From a virus (taxonomy: Duplodnaviria; Caudoviricetes), in IMG/VR virus record IMGVR_UViG_3300020352_000031, positions 1-25,899 of that record: a stretch of DNA of 25,899 nucleotides; one strand, written 5' to 3'. Below are positions 13,793 to 22,993 of the stretch, in pieces; position 1 is the first letter of the stretch, and every line of letters begins with the position of its first letter. The notes below the pieces were generated by a model that did no database searches, had not been told where the DNA came from, and was given only the letters and a program-made list of their open reading frames with translations. The position numbers and the translations under genes were made by a program.

Positions 13793-14984
13793 TAACATTT
13801 TTGGTGGTAATAAGGCTCAAGAAGCTGACATGGAAAAATTGAATCCTATACAACAGTACTTCGGTAACGATAAAGAAGGATCTAGAGAATATACTCAGAA
13901 CTACGAGCAGTTCTATGAAACTCTAGAGATTGTTAATCGTGGCGTCAATATGATTGTAGACGATGTAGCAGAGATTCCAGTAGTTGTTCAACCTAATCAA
14001 ACAAATGGTGTTCAAAAAGGTATACGACGATCTACAGTAAATAAGCTACTTAATAAAGAGCCTAACTTATTTCAAGATGTCAGTTCCTTTAAAAGAAACC
14101 TAATCACTGACTACTTACTAGACGGAAACATTTTTATATACTACGATGGTGCTCACCTATACCATCTTCCTGCAGATAGCGTAACTATTCATGCAGACCC
14201 TAAAACATTCATAGAGAAGTACACCTATAACGATGTAGACTATGGTCCAGACGAAATTATACACGTTAAAGAAAACTCTTTCTACTCTATCTTTAGAGGA
14301 ACCTCAAGACTGAAGCCCGCTGTACGAACTATGGCACTTACAGCTTCAATGAGAAAGTTTCAAGATAATTTCTTCAAGAATGGAGCAGTGCCAGGGCTAG
14401 TACTAAAAAGTCCAAACACACTAAGTGAAAAGATTAAAGAACGAATGATTCAATCATGGAGTCTTCGTTATCGTCCAGACGCAGGTGGCAGACGTCCACT
14501 TATTCTTGACGGTGGTATAGAGATTGACAGTATTTCTAACGTAAACTTCAAAGAGTTAGACTTTCAATCTTCTATTACAGAAAATGAAACAATTATATTA
14601 AAAGCATTGGGAATCCCACCTATTTTATTAGACTCAGGCAACAATGCAAACATTCGCCCTAATATGAGAATGTACTACCTTGAGACAATCTTACCTATAG
14701 TAAGGAAGATTAATTATGCTTATAGTAGATTCTTTGGGTACGAAATAAAAGAAGAAGTCATAGATATTCCAGCTCTACAACCAGAGCTGAGAGATCAGTC
14801 ACAGTACTATAGTTCTTTAGTAAATGGTGGTATCATTACTATCAATGAAGCAAGAACTCGTCTAGGCTTTGAATCCTTAGAAGGACAAGATGATGTTAGA
14901 GTTCCTGCAAACATAGCAGGAAGTGCAGCCAACCCAGATGAGGGTGGCAGACCAACTGAAGGTGATGAAGATGGCAGTGACTAG
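13779..14984 (+). CDS. Portal protein (HK97/T5 type)
   Basis: LLDGN, FFKNGAVPG, ALGIPP and GIITINEAR motifs. Confidence 0.95.
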   Translation: MAWYSNIFGGNKAQEADMEKLNPIQQYFGNDKEGSREYTQNYEQFYETLEIVNRGVNMIVDDVAEIPVVVQPNQTNGVQKGIRRSTVNKLLNKEPNLFQDVSSFKRNLITDYLLDGNIFIYYDGAHLYHLPADSVTIHADPKTFIEKYTYNDVDYGPDEIIHVKENSFYSIFRGTSRLKPAVRTMALTASMRKFQDNFFKNGAVPGLVLKSPNTLSEKIKERMIQSWSLRYRPDAGGRRPLILDGGIEIDSISNVNFKELDFQSSITENETIILKALGIPPILLDSGNNANIRPNMRMYYLETILPIVRKINYAYSRFFGYEIKEEVIDIPALQPELRDQSQYYSSLVNGGIITINEARTRLGFESLEGQDDVRVPANIAGSAANPDEGGRPTEGDEDGSD

Positions 14985-15252
14985 AAACAGAAAGCATAGA
15001 TTAGTGCATGAGTTAGGAATGTACTTTGCTGAGAAAGGATATGTTGTTTCTTTAAATGAGTATAAGAGAGCCCTTGATAGACCGGCTTTCCTATCTCCTA
15101 AAGAAATAGTAAAAGTGATGGGAACGTATACCGGAGCAGTAGACTGGATTGAAAAATACGAACCGGAACTATGGGAACTTATTCACCAAAAAGAGGATAA
15201 AGATCCTCTAACGGAATTAGCCCAAGCAAAAACGGGGAAAAAGAATGGATAA
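14971..15252 (+). CDS. Hypothetical protein between portal and protease
   Basis: Probable ATG at 14971; overlaps both neighbours. Confidence 0.65.
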   Translation: MAVTRNRKHRLVHELGMYFAEKGYVVSLNEYKRALDRPAFLSPKEIVKVMGTYTGAVDWIEKYEPELWELIHQKEDKDPLTELAQAKTGKKNG

Positions 15253-17305
15253 AATTTTTAATTTAACCTCAACTTTCAAAACCCATGCGGTAGATGACGG
15301 ATCAGTAATGATTCGCGGTATGGCAAGTACAGCAGATTTCGATCGTGCTGGCGACTCTATCTCAGCTCAGGCTTGGGAAAAGGGTGGTTTAAAGAATTTC
15401 GAAAAGAACCCTATTATTCTTTTCAATCATGATTACGATCGTCCTATCGGTCGTGCTACAGGCCTTAAAGTAACAGAGAATGGCCTGGAGTTAGAAGCAA
15501 AGATTAGCAAGTCCGCACCTGCTAATGTTTGTGAGTTAGTAAAAGAAGGTATCCTTGGAGCATTTTCTGTTGGTTTCCGAGTCAAGGATGCTGATTTCAT
15601 AAAGGAAACCGACGGACTAATGATTAAGGACGCAGAATTGTTTGAGGTATCGGTTGTTTCCGTTCCTTGTAACCAAGAAGCTACTTTTTCGCTCGCGAAA
15701 TCTTTTGACTCTATGGACGAGTATGAAGAATTCAAAAAAACTTTCACAAATCGTGTAGATCTAGCCGGTCAGACTCTGGCTAAAGACGAAGTTAATACTT
15801 CTAGCGTAGCTAGTGATACACCGGACGGAACCGAAGAGGTTCAAAAGGAGATACAAATGTCTGAAGTTAATACTCCAGAAATCGACTTAGCCGCATTCGC
15901 AAAGCAAGTAGCAGAAGAAACTGCTACCAAGATTGCAATGAAGCAAGCCGAGCAAAAAGCTGCGGATGAAGCCGTAGCACAAGAAATCGTTGAGAAAGAA
16001 GCAGCAGACGCTGAAGCTAAGGCTCAACAAGAAGAAACAGTCAAGACCGCTGTAGTATCTGGTGTACAATCAGGTGCAGAGCGTCTATTAGCTGACATGC
16101 AAGCCGACTTCGACTCCAAGGGTGTTGAAACTGCTGAAGTACTAGAAAAGTACAAGTCTGAGTTGATGGAAAAATCAGCTGAGCTTGAAGCTATGCGTAC
16201 TAGCAAGCGTGACTTCTCTGGCCGTACAAACGGCGTAGATGCTAAAGCAATGGGTGGCGATTTATTGTCTGCTCACATTCTTGGTAAGATTACTGGTAAA
16301 GGTTGGGATACTAACTTTGGCCGTGAAACTCTAGAAAAAGCTGGCGTAACCTATACTGGTACTGCTGGTGACGGTTCTGCAGTTGGTGTTGACGTAATCG
16401 TATCAAACCAGTTTGAAGAAGAAGTTCGTCAAGCAATGAAGGTTGCACCTTTGTTCCGCGAAATTCAAGTTTCAAGTGGTGCTACTGTACTACCAATCGC
16501 TCCTGATACAGAAGCTGCTAACTTTAGTGCTGGCGGTGCTGATACAGCTGCGAACAACTTGGAAGAAGCAGGCGCATCTGATAATAACTATAACGTTAAT
16601 CAGGTTATTTTGCAAGCACACAGATTGATTTCAAGCACGTTTATTCCTGCTGATACTGACGAGCAAATCGTTATCTCAATCCTACCTATGCTTACCTCAG
16701 CTCTAGCACGTGCTCACGCAATTGCTATTGACTCAGCTCTACTAGTTGGTGCTGGTGCAGGTAACATCTCTAAAGGTCTAGTAGGTGTGAACGGTACTGA
16801 CAATGCAAACGGTTACGGTGCAGCTTCTGCTCTTACCGCAATTGATGCATCAGCTTCTGCTATTGTAACTCCTGCTAACCTTCTTGCAATGCGTAAGGAA
16901 ATGGGTAAGTACGGTCTAGAAGCTAGCCGTGTAGCTTACATCGTTCCTACTGATGCATACTTCAACTTGATTGATGCTTCAGGATTTACCGATGTAACAG
17001 AAGTTGGTAGTGATTTGGCTACTAAGCTTTCTGGTATGGTTGGTACGGTCTTCGGATCTCCTGTAATTGCTACAGATCGTCTAGTTAGCAACTTGGCTAA
17101 CGCTGGCGCAGCCACTACTACTGCAGCTCTTGCTGTAAACATGGATAACTATGTGATTCCACGTTTGCGCGGTGTTAACGTAGAAACTGACTACATCGTC
17201 AAAGAGCAGCGTACCGTATTGGTCGCAACTCAGTCTCTTGGCTTTAACGAGTTAGTTGCTGGCGCGGGCGCTAATAAGCCTGCAGTTCGTTTCCCTTTCC
17301 AATAG
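15245..17305 (+). CDS. Prohead protease-major capsid protein in-frame fusion (HK97 fold), with internal capsid start at 15857
   Basis: N-terminal protease motifs (LFNHD..RPIG, FSVGF, LFEVSVVSVPCN), coiled-coil delta domain and HK97-like capsid domain with no stop between them; AAGGAG-ATG at 15857 is in frame. Confidence 0.92.
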   Translation: MDKIFNLTSTFKTHAVDDGSVMIRGMASTADFDRAGDSISAQAWEKGGLKNFEKNPIILFNHDYDRPIGRATGLKVTENGLELEAKISKSAPANVCELVKEGILGAFSVGFRVKDADFIKETDGLMIKDAELFEVSVVSVPCNQEATFSLAKSFDSMDEYEEFKKTFTNRVDLAGQTLAKDEVNTSSVASDTPDGTEEVQKEIQMSEVNTPEIDLAAFAKQVAEETATKIAMKQAEQKAADEAVAQEIVEKEAADAEAKAQQEETVKTAVVSGVQSGAERLLADMQADFDSKGVETAEVLEKYKSELMEKSAELEAMRTSKRDFSGRTNGVDAKAMGGDLLSAHILGKITGKGWDTNFGRETLEKAGVTYTGTAGDGSAVGVDVIVSNQFEEEVRQAMKVAPLFREIQVSSGATVLPIAPDTEAANFSAGGADTAANNLEEAGASDNNYNVNQVILQAHRLISSTFIPADTDEQIVISILPMLTSALARAHAIAIDSALLVGAGAGNISKGLVGVNGTDNANGYGAASALTAIDASASAIVTPANLLAMRKEMGKYGLEASRVAYIVPTDAYFNLIDASGFTDVTEVGSDLATKLSGMVGTVFGSPVIATDRLVSNLANAGAATTTAALAVNMDNYVIPRLRGVNVETDYIVKEQRTVLVATQSLGFNELVAGAGANKPAVRFPFQ

Positions 17306-17324
17306 GCTAAGGGTTACTTTAACC

Positions 17325-17353
17325 TGGGGGAGTTTATTCTCCCCCAAGTTTTT
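17325..17353 (+). terminator. Rho-independent terminator after the capsid gene
   Basis: TGGGGGAG-tttatt-CTCCCCCA followed by AGTTTTT. Confidence 0.8.
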
Positions 17354-17365
17354 ACTTATTTACTT

Positions 17366-17956
17366 ATGGCAAATTTAATAACATTAGAAGAATATAAAGA
17401 AGCAGAGGGTATTGGAAGTCCTAAAGAAGACTTGCGAATCAATGCTTTAGTTCCGGCTGTGAGTCAATTAGTAAAAACTTATTGTGGAAATACTTTTGTA
17501 GATTATTACTCTAGTAATAAGACCGAAGTCTTTAATATAACCTGGGGCACAAATGTGGTTCAATTGACAGAGAGCCCCGTAAACTCAGTAGTTTCAGTAA
17601 AAGAAAGGAGTTCGTATGGGGAAGCGTATTCTACGCTATCTACTTCGGCATTCGACTATTATGTCGATGCAAGTACCGACAGTATTATTAGAACTAATTC
17701 TGGTGGTGGTACTGTTAACTGGCCTTCAGGCCCTGCTTCAGTAGAAGTAATTTATAAAGCAGGATACTCCAGTATACCCGAAGATTTAAAACTAGCAGTT
17801 TTTGACTTAATTACTTACTACTTAAAAGACGAACATAAAGAGCGTAGAACTCTTGGTGCCGCTAGTATTCAGAATCAAAGCTCTACTAGTCAGCGTAATA
17901 ATGTAGCTTTTCCAGACCATATTAAGCGAGTGCTAGACTTGTATAAGAACTACTAA
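17366..17956 (+). CDS. Head completion / head-tail adaptor (T5 p144-like)
   Basis: LITLEEYK...Y.AGY..IPEDLKLAV...FPDHIKRVLDLY; synteny. Confidence 0.85.
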   Translation: MANLITLEEYKEAEGIGSPKEDLRINALVPAVSQLVKTYCGNTFVDYYSSNKTEVFNITWGTNVVQLTESPVNSVVSVKERSSYGEAYSTLSTSAFDYYVDASTDSIIRTNSGGGTVNWPSGPASVEVIYKAGYSSIPEDLKLAVFDLITYYLKDEHKERRTLGAASIQNQSSTSQRNNVAFPDHIKRVLDLYKNY

Positions 17957-19365
17957 TGAGCAAAGCGCTAGTAGATAAACTTATAAAGGATTTTTTAACG
18001 GATCCTAAATATAAGCGAAGGTGGGATACAGTTCTTAGAAGTCAGATGGGTGGTTATGCACATATTACTACCATAACAGAAGCTGACTTAGTAACGTTAT
18101 ATAGAGATAATACTATAGCTGCTATATACGGAGAAAAATCTTTTAAAGACGCAGAAGTTGCCGCAAGTAGAGTAAAAGGTATTGAGAAAGCCGCAGCTAT
18201 GGCTGCCTCTCACGTTTATGCTAATTTTGAAACTTACTATGCTAGAACTCACGGTAAAAGAAAAGGTTCTGTAGTTAAAGACGGTAATAAAATTATAGTA
18301 CGACAACCTAATGGCTTACATTCTTCTGTACAAAGAATAATATGGCAGCAAGGCTGGAAACAGTTAAAAACTGCTCCAGAGCTGTCGGAGCAGAGCAGAA
18401 GAAGAATAGGCTCTGCAGAAGGCATGAAGGTTATGAGAAGAAGAACTCAAAATCTTCACGAAGAAAAAACAACTGTAGGATCTTTTACTTTATCCAAGTT
18501 GTACGAACGTGTTATGTCTAATACCATAAATAGTGATTTTACAGTAGCACAAACAACTGTTATAGCTAACACTATTGGTGAGTATTTTGGTGCTGTAACT
18601 GCAGTATGGAAGAAAGATCAAGCTGTAGGCCGATATAGTGTTTCGGACACTTTAGAAATACCTTTAACAATTGGCCCCCAGAGTAGTAACCCGACAGGTT
18701 CAGAAGCGTACGACTGGAAACAGATAAGAGGCAAGTTAGAGCAAGAACTCTTTCAACATGCTTTACAAGGAAAGTTCGGGGAACAGTATGTGAATACTGG
18801 AGGCAGTAAGCCTTTAACTGAGAAGGTAACTGATAGAGCCCTTCACATAGTTATAGAAGAGATTGAAGCATCTTTAAAGGGTAAAAAATCTATTAAGATG
18901 AGCAAAACTGCTTTACCTAAAGAAGAAAAAGGAAAGACAAGATACTCAGGAAAACAGTCTGACAATAATAAGGCAAAGAAAGCCAAACGTTCGAAGATTA
19001 AAAGAAATAAGTATAGTATCACAACTAGTAAGAATCAGAAAACGGCAATGTCACCAATAGCTTTAGCAGCGTTAATAAATGCTAAACTACCAGATGAGGT
19101 TGCATCTAAGATGGGCGCTCCTAGACTAGACAATAGGTCGGGCCGATTTGCTTCATCAGCAAGAGTTACAGATGTTTCGATCACAACTCAAGGATTTCCT
19201 AGTATAGGATATACTTATAGAAAAGACCCATACCAAGTGTACGAAGTAGGTAGTGGCACAAGATTTAGTGATTCACAGAGAGACCCAAGACCTTTGATCG
19301 ACGCTTCTATACGTAGTATTGCAGCACAATTTTTAACAGGAAGACTATACACTAGGAGAATATAA
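17956..19365 (+). CDS. Tail completion protein (T5 p143-like C-terminus, extended N-terminus)
   Basis: C-terminal RSGRFA...YTY..PY.V.E...RDPRPLI..SIR; synteny. Confidence 0.7.
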   Translation: MSKALVDKLIKDFLTDPKYKRRWDTVLRSQMGGYAHITTITEADLVTLYRDNTIAAIYGEKSFKDAEVAASRVKGIEKAAAMAASHVYANFETYYARTHGKRKGSVVKDGNKIIVRQPNGLHSSVQRIIWQQGWKQLKTAPELSEQSRRRIGSAEGMKVMRRRTQNLHEEKTTVGSFTLSKLYERVMSNTINSDFTVAQTTVIANTIGEYFGAVTAVWKKDQAVGRYSVSDTLEIPLTIGPQSSNPTGSEAYDWKQIRGKLEQELFQHALQGKFGEQYVNTGGSKPLTEKVTDRALHIVIEEIEASLKGKKSIKMSKTALPKEEKGKTRYSGKQSDNNKAKKAKRSKIKRNKYSITTSKNQKTAMSPIALAALINAKLPDEVASKMGAPRLDNRSGRFASSARVTDVSITTQGFPSIGYTYRKDPYQVYEVGSGTRFSDSQRDPRPLIDASIRSIAAQFLTGRLYTRRI

Positions 19366-19814
19366 TGACACGAACTTACACTTCTAGAAGAGCAAATATA
19401 GTAGAAGCACTGGCAGAGAGACTAAAAGATATAAACGGTTCCGGAGCTTTCCTAAGCGATGTAGAGAATAATGTTCACCCCTTTCTAAAGTTTTGGGATG
19501 AAGTAGAGCAATTTCCAGCAATACACTTAAATGCAGGAAGCGAAACTAGAGAGTACCAAGGAGGGGGCTACAAAGACAGGTTCCTATCTGTCACCCTTAG
19601 ATGCTACGTTAATGAAGAAGAGGCTCAAAATGCTTTGAATGCGTTAATGGAAGATATAGAAACAGTTTTAGAAGAGAGTTCTCAAATACAGTACTCAGAC
19701 AGAATGAACAACTTATTCAATGTTCAACAGATCACTATAGTCAGTATAGATACTGATGAAGGTGTACTTGAACCTTTAGGAGTCGGAGAGATTCTTATAG
19801 AGGTTCGTTATTAG
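19365..19814 (+). CDS. Tail terminator (T5 p142-like)
   Basis: R..IVEAL, F.DEVEQFP, GSETREY and SIDTDEG.L.P.GVGE motifs; synteny. Confidence 0.85.
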   Translation: MTRTYTSRRANIVEALAERLKDINGSGAFLSDVENNVHPFLKFWDEVEQFPAIHLNAGSETREYQGGGYKDRFLSVTLRCYVNEEEAQNALNALMEDIETVLEESSQIQYSDRMNNLFNVQQITIVSIDTDEGVLEPLGVGEILIEVRY

Positions 19815-19875
19815 AAAATACTGGCACGAGCAATTGTTCACGTCCAAGTCTTTTCAAGTTTCATAGGAGATAACT

Positions 19876-21162
19876 ATGGCACAACAACTATATTTTAGCC
19901 GCGACTCGAAGATGTTTATCGAGTTTGATGGCGTTGTATGGGAAGTTCCCGTACTAGATGGATTTAGTTTCTCGCAAGCTACAAACAGTACAGAGATTAC
20001 TCTGAACGAGATGGAGTCTACAGGTGGAGTCAGCCGTCGGGGTAGAAGAGCTTTTAACGACTCTTTGGCACCAGGCGAATGGTCTTTTTCAACATATGTA
20101 CGTCCATTTAAATCAAGCACAACAGGCACAGGAAAAGCAGACTCTGCAGCTGAAGTTCACGCAGTAGAAGAAGTTCTTTGGGCTTTGTTTGCTGGTGCAA
20201 AAAATTATGATGTCAGCAGTTTCGATTATGATACAGGCGGCACTAATGTAATTACACCGGGCACCTCTTCTAGCACAATTAATTTAGGCTCTTCTAACTC
20301 ATCTACTTTAGGTACAGCAAACGTGTACTTTGTACTTGGTTCTGCTAATCGTAAAGTAATGAAATTAAAAGACGTTACAGTTAATGAAGCTTCAGTTGAC
20401 TTTGACATTGATGGTATTGCTACTATTAACTGGTCAGGAAGCGCTTCAGAAGTACTAGACTTTACTGGAAGTACTCACGAAGATAACACTGCACCTGTAC
20501 ACAGTGACACCACTCAGGATGGAGGCACTATTGCAATTGGTGATGTATGGTTAGACGCTAATGACTCTTATCGTTTGTATGTTCTTACGAATGTAACTAA
20601 CGGTTCAGAAGCAAGAACTGTTTACAGAGATGAAGCAGTATTAGCTACTAATAACTTTATTCGTAATCGTCTAACAGTATTAAGTGTTACACCTACTACT
20701 AGAGACCCTGATTCTGATAGCGTAAACGAATTGGAAACCAACTACAGTCTAACTCTTACCGGCGGTAACGTAACATTTACTAATAATATTAGTTATATTA
20801 CTCCAGAAGAATTAGGTATTGTAAACGTGCCGATTGGTCACGTTACTGGTACTCGTTCTGTTTCAGGTTCTTTTACTTGTTATTTGACAGAAGATACAAG
20901 TGCTACTAATGCTTCCGCAGATTTCTTTGATGATTTACGCGGTATTACAAACGTAGTAACTAACTCTTTTGCTTTAGTATTTAAGATCGGTGGTGCTTCT
21001 GGTACTCCTCGTCTTGAACTAAATATGCCTACTTGTCACTTGGAAATTCCTACTCACTCTGTTGAGGATGTTATTTCTCTTGAGACAAACTTCATGGCAC
21101 TGCCTACAACTATTGCAGGCACAGATGAAGCAACAATTATTTATCATGGCGATGTAGTATAA
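19876..21162 (+). CDS. Major tail tube protein (T5 pb6-like)
   Basis: VLDGFSFSQ, FNDSLAPGEWSFSTY, FDIDGIATINWSG and HVTGTRSVSGS motifs; AGGAG RBS. Confidence 0.9.
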   Translation: MAQQLYFSRDSKMFIEFDGVVWEVPVLDGFSFSQATNSTEITLNEMESTGGVSRRGRRAFNDSLAPGEWSFSTYVRPFKSSTTGTGKADSAAEVHAVEEVLWALFAGAKNYDVSSFDYDTGGTNVITPGTSSSTINLGSSNSSTLGTANVYFVLGSANRKVMKLKDVTVNEASVDFDIDGIATINWSGSASEVLDFTGSTHEDNTAPVHSDTTQDGGTIAIGDVWLDANDSYRLYVLTNVTNGSEARTVYRDEAVLATNNFIRNRLTVLSVTPTTRDPDSDSVNELETNYSLTLTGGNVTFTNNISYITPEELGIVNVPIGHVTGTRSVSGSFTCYLTEDTSATNASADFFDDLRGITNVVTNSFALVFKIGGASGTPRLELNMPTCHLEIPTHSVEDVISLETNFMALPTTIAGTDEATIIYHGDVV

Positions 21163-21181
21163 TACAATATTGTTGGGTATG

Positions 21182-21203
21182 AAAGGGGCTTCGGCCCCTT
21201 TTT
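21182..21203 (+). terminator. Rho-independent terminator
   Basis: AAAGGGGC-TTCG-GCCCCTTTTT. Confidence 0.92.
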
Positions 21204-21226
21204 ATTTGACCAAGGAAAAATAAATC

Positions 21227-21255
21227 TTGACATTTTTCCTTACCTCCCTTATAAT
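21227..21255 (+). promoter_or_regulatory. Consensus sigma70 late promoter
   Basis: TTGACA (21227-21232), 17 bp, TATAAT (21250-21255). Confidence 0.88.
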
Positions 21256-21305
21256 ATAGATTCATCAAAAGTGAGAATGCTTTATTCTCTTAGAGCCAAG
21301 AACCA

Positions 21306-22196
21306 ATGCCAACTTATAATTTTAAGAGAGAAGCAGAACTTTTCATAGTTCATAACGGTAATCGTTATAGTCTTGACATAAGAGATGTATCTTTTAGCCA
21401 GAATTTTGGAGAAAAGAGTTACCCAGTAAAAAGCCTACACAATCCTACTGATTATTTTGAAGGAAGTGTAGTTAATAAGGCAAACCCAGCTAATTTTAGC
21501 TTAGAGGTATTCGCCATAGAAGAAGCAGATTTTACAATTGTAGAGTCTTTGCTTATAAGTACTTCGTCATTTGACGTATATGTTAAAACACCTACAGATG
21601 TTTTTAAACTTGAAAAATGTGTCATTACAAATGGTAGTTTCGTAATTGAGAAATCACGGCCCCTGAGTATTGCGATTCAAGGAGAAGCATCAAAGTTGAC
21701 TAGAGGAGCGTCCTTAGCGGGCTCTTTACAGTCTAGATCAGCAACTAAAACCTTTATTGCACCTCCTATTTTGGAGGTGATTTTAGGTTCTGCCACTCTT
21801 ACAGATATTGTGAAAGTTACGGTAGAGTTACAAAATGACATACAGTGGTTACCGTATGAGACTTTGAATGCTTCCCTAGCTGCATCATCTGCTGCCAACT
21901 CTATGTACCCAGACGGGTATGTTGTCACTAAAAAAATACTCGCAGGTTCTATTTCTCAATATCTTACTGATACAAATACCAGTAATGTGCAAGCATGGGA
22001 TACCTCTGTTTCCTTGGAAATAAAAGCAGGAAATGGGTTATCTGGAAGTCAGTTTAGAGGGTTCCATATAGGATCTGCAACTAGTACTTTCACTAATAGA
22101 ATGAATACCGGGAGTGTATTCCTTCAAAACTATGACTGGAGAATTACAGATAATTCAAGTTCTCTAGCAACAATATTTAAATATGTAACAAACTAA
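21306..22196 (+). CDS. Minor tail/baseplate tube protein (T5 p140-like)
   Basis: Tube-like paralogue (FSQ.F, KANPANFS); position after the tail tube gene. Confidence 0.8.
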   Translation: MPTYNFKREAELFIVHNGNRYSLDIRDVSFSQNFGEKSYPVKSLHNPTDYFEGSVVNKANPANFSLEVFAIEEADFTIVESLLISTSSFDVYVKTPTDVFKLEKCVITNGSFVIEKSRPLSIAIQGEASKLTRGASLAGSLQSRSATKTFIAPPILEVILGSATLTDIVKVTVELQNDIQWLPYETLNASLAASSAANSMYPDGYVVTKKILAGSISQYLTDTNTSNVQAWDTSVSLEIKAGNGLSGSQFRGFHIGSATSTFTNRMNTGSVFLQNYDWRITDNSSSLATIFKYVTN

Positions 22197-22212
22197 AGGA
22201 GTTTAGTTAAAA

Positions 22213-22662
22213 ATGGATCTAAAGAAATTAATGATAGACACTAAGTCTACATGGGCAGACTTTCCTGGACTAGACGGGTTCTCTGTAGAGGTGGTTAACC
22301 TTTCTCGTAAGGAATTAACTGCTTTAAGAAAAAGATGTACTACTAATAAATTTGACAGAAAAACAAGACAACCTGTTGAACAACTAGATGAAGATAAGTT
22401 TGTGTCTGAATTTTCAGCCGCAAGCATTAAAAATTGGAAAGGATTAACTCTAGGCCATTTGGAAACTCTTGTCCTAATCGATGTAGAGGGACAAGACCTA
22501 GAGGCAGAAGTAGAATATACAAAAGATAACGCAGAATTATTAGTTAGTAATTCTACTGATTTTGATACTTGGCTAAACGAGGTAGTTTTTGACTTAGATA
22601 ACTTTCGTAGTAAGTCAAAAGGAAATAGCTCTAAAAAGACTGGAAAGGATGTTCCTCAATAG
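22213..22662 (+). CDS. Tail assembly chaperone (G-like)
   Basis: T5-like FPG..GF.V, IKNWKGL and FDTWLNE...NFR motifs; synteny before the tape measure gene. Confidence 0.85.
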   Translation: MDLKKLMIDTKSTWADFPGLDGFSVEVVNLSRKELTALRKRCTTNKFDRKTRQPVEQLDEDKFVSEFSAASIKNWKGLTLGHLETLVLIDVEGQDLEAEVEYTKDNAELLVSNSTDFDTWLNEVVFDLDNFRSKSKGNSSKKTGKDVPQ

Positions 22663-22993
22663 CGATACTGGAATGACTCGAGATAAGTACTTCAATATGA
22701 TGGAACAACTCGGACAAGAACCAAAAGATAACGAAATCCCTCCAGACTGGGAAGACTTACCAGAGTTAATGATTAATGCAGTAAACACCTTTAACATGTT
22801 AGGAGACAAAATGTACCCTGAAATAGGGTATACAGGTAAAGACTACACTAATTTACCGCATTACATGGACTTATATGACGTTGAAGACAAAGAGTATTTT
22901 TTAGAGATACTATCTTGGCTTGACGCAAGAACTATCAAAAAATCTTCAGAGCAAATGAAGAAGGAATATGATAAGTTAAAGAGAAAGAAATAG
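22649..22993 (+). CDS. Second tail assembly chaperone region (T-like; possibly reached by +1 frameshift)
   Basis: YFNMMEQLGQEP...YTGKDY; +1 frame relative to the upstream gene, open from 22598. Confidence 0.8.
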   Translation: MFLNSDTGMTRDKYFNMMEQLGQEPKDNEIPPDWEDLPELMINAVNTFNMLGDKMYPEIGYTGKDYTNLPHYMDLYDVEDKEYFLEILSWLDARTIKKSSEQMKKEYDKLKRKK

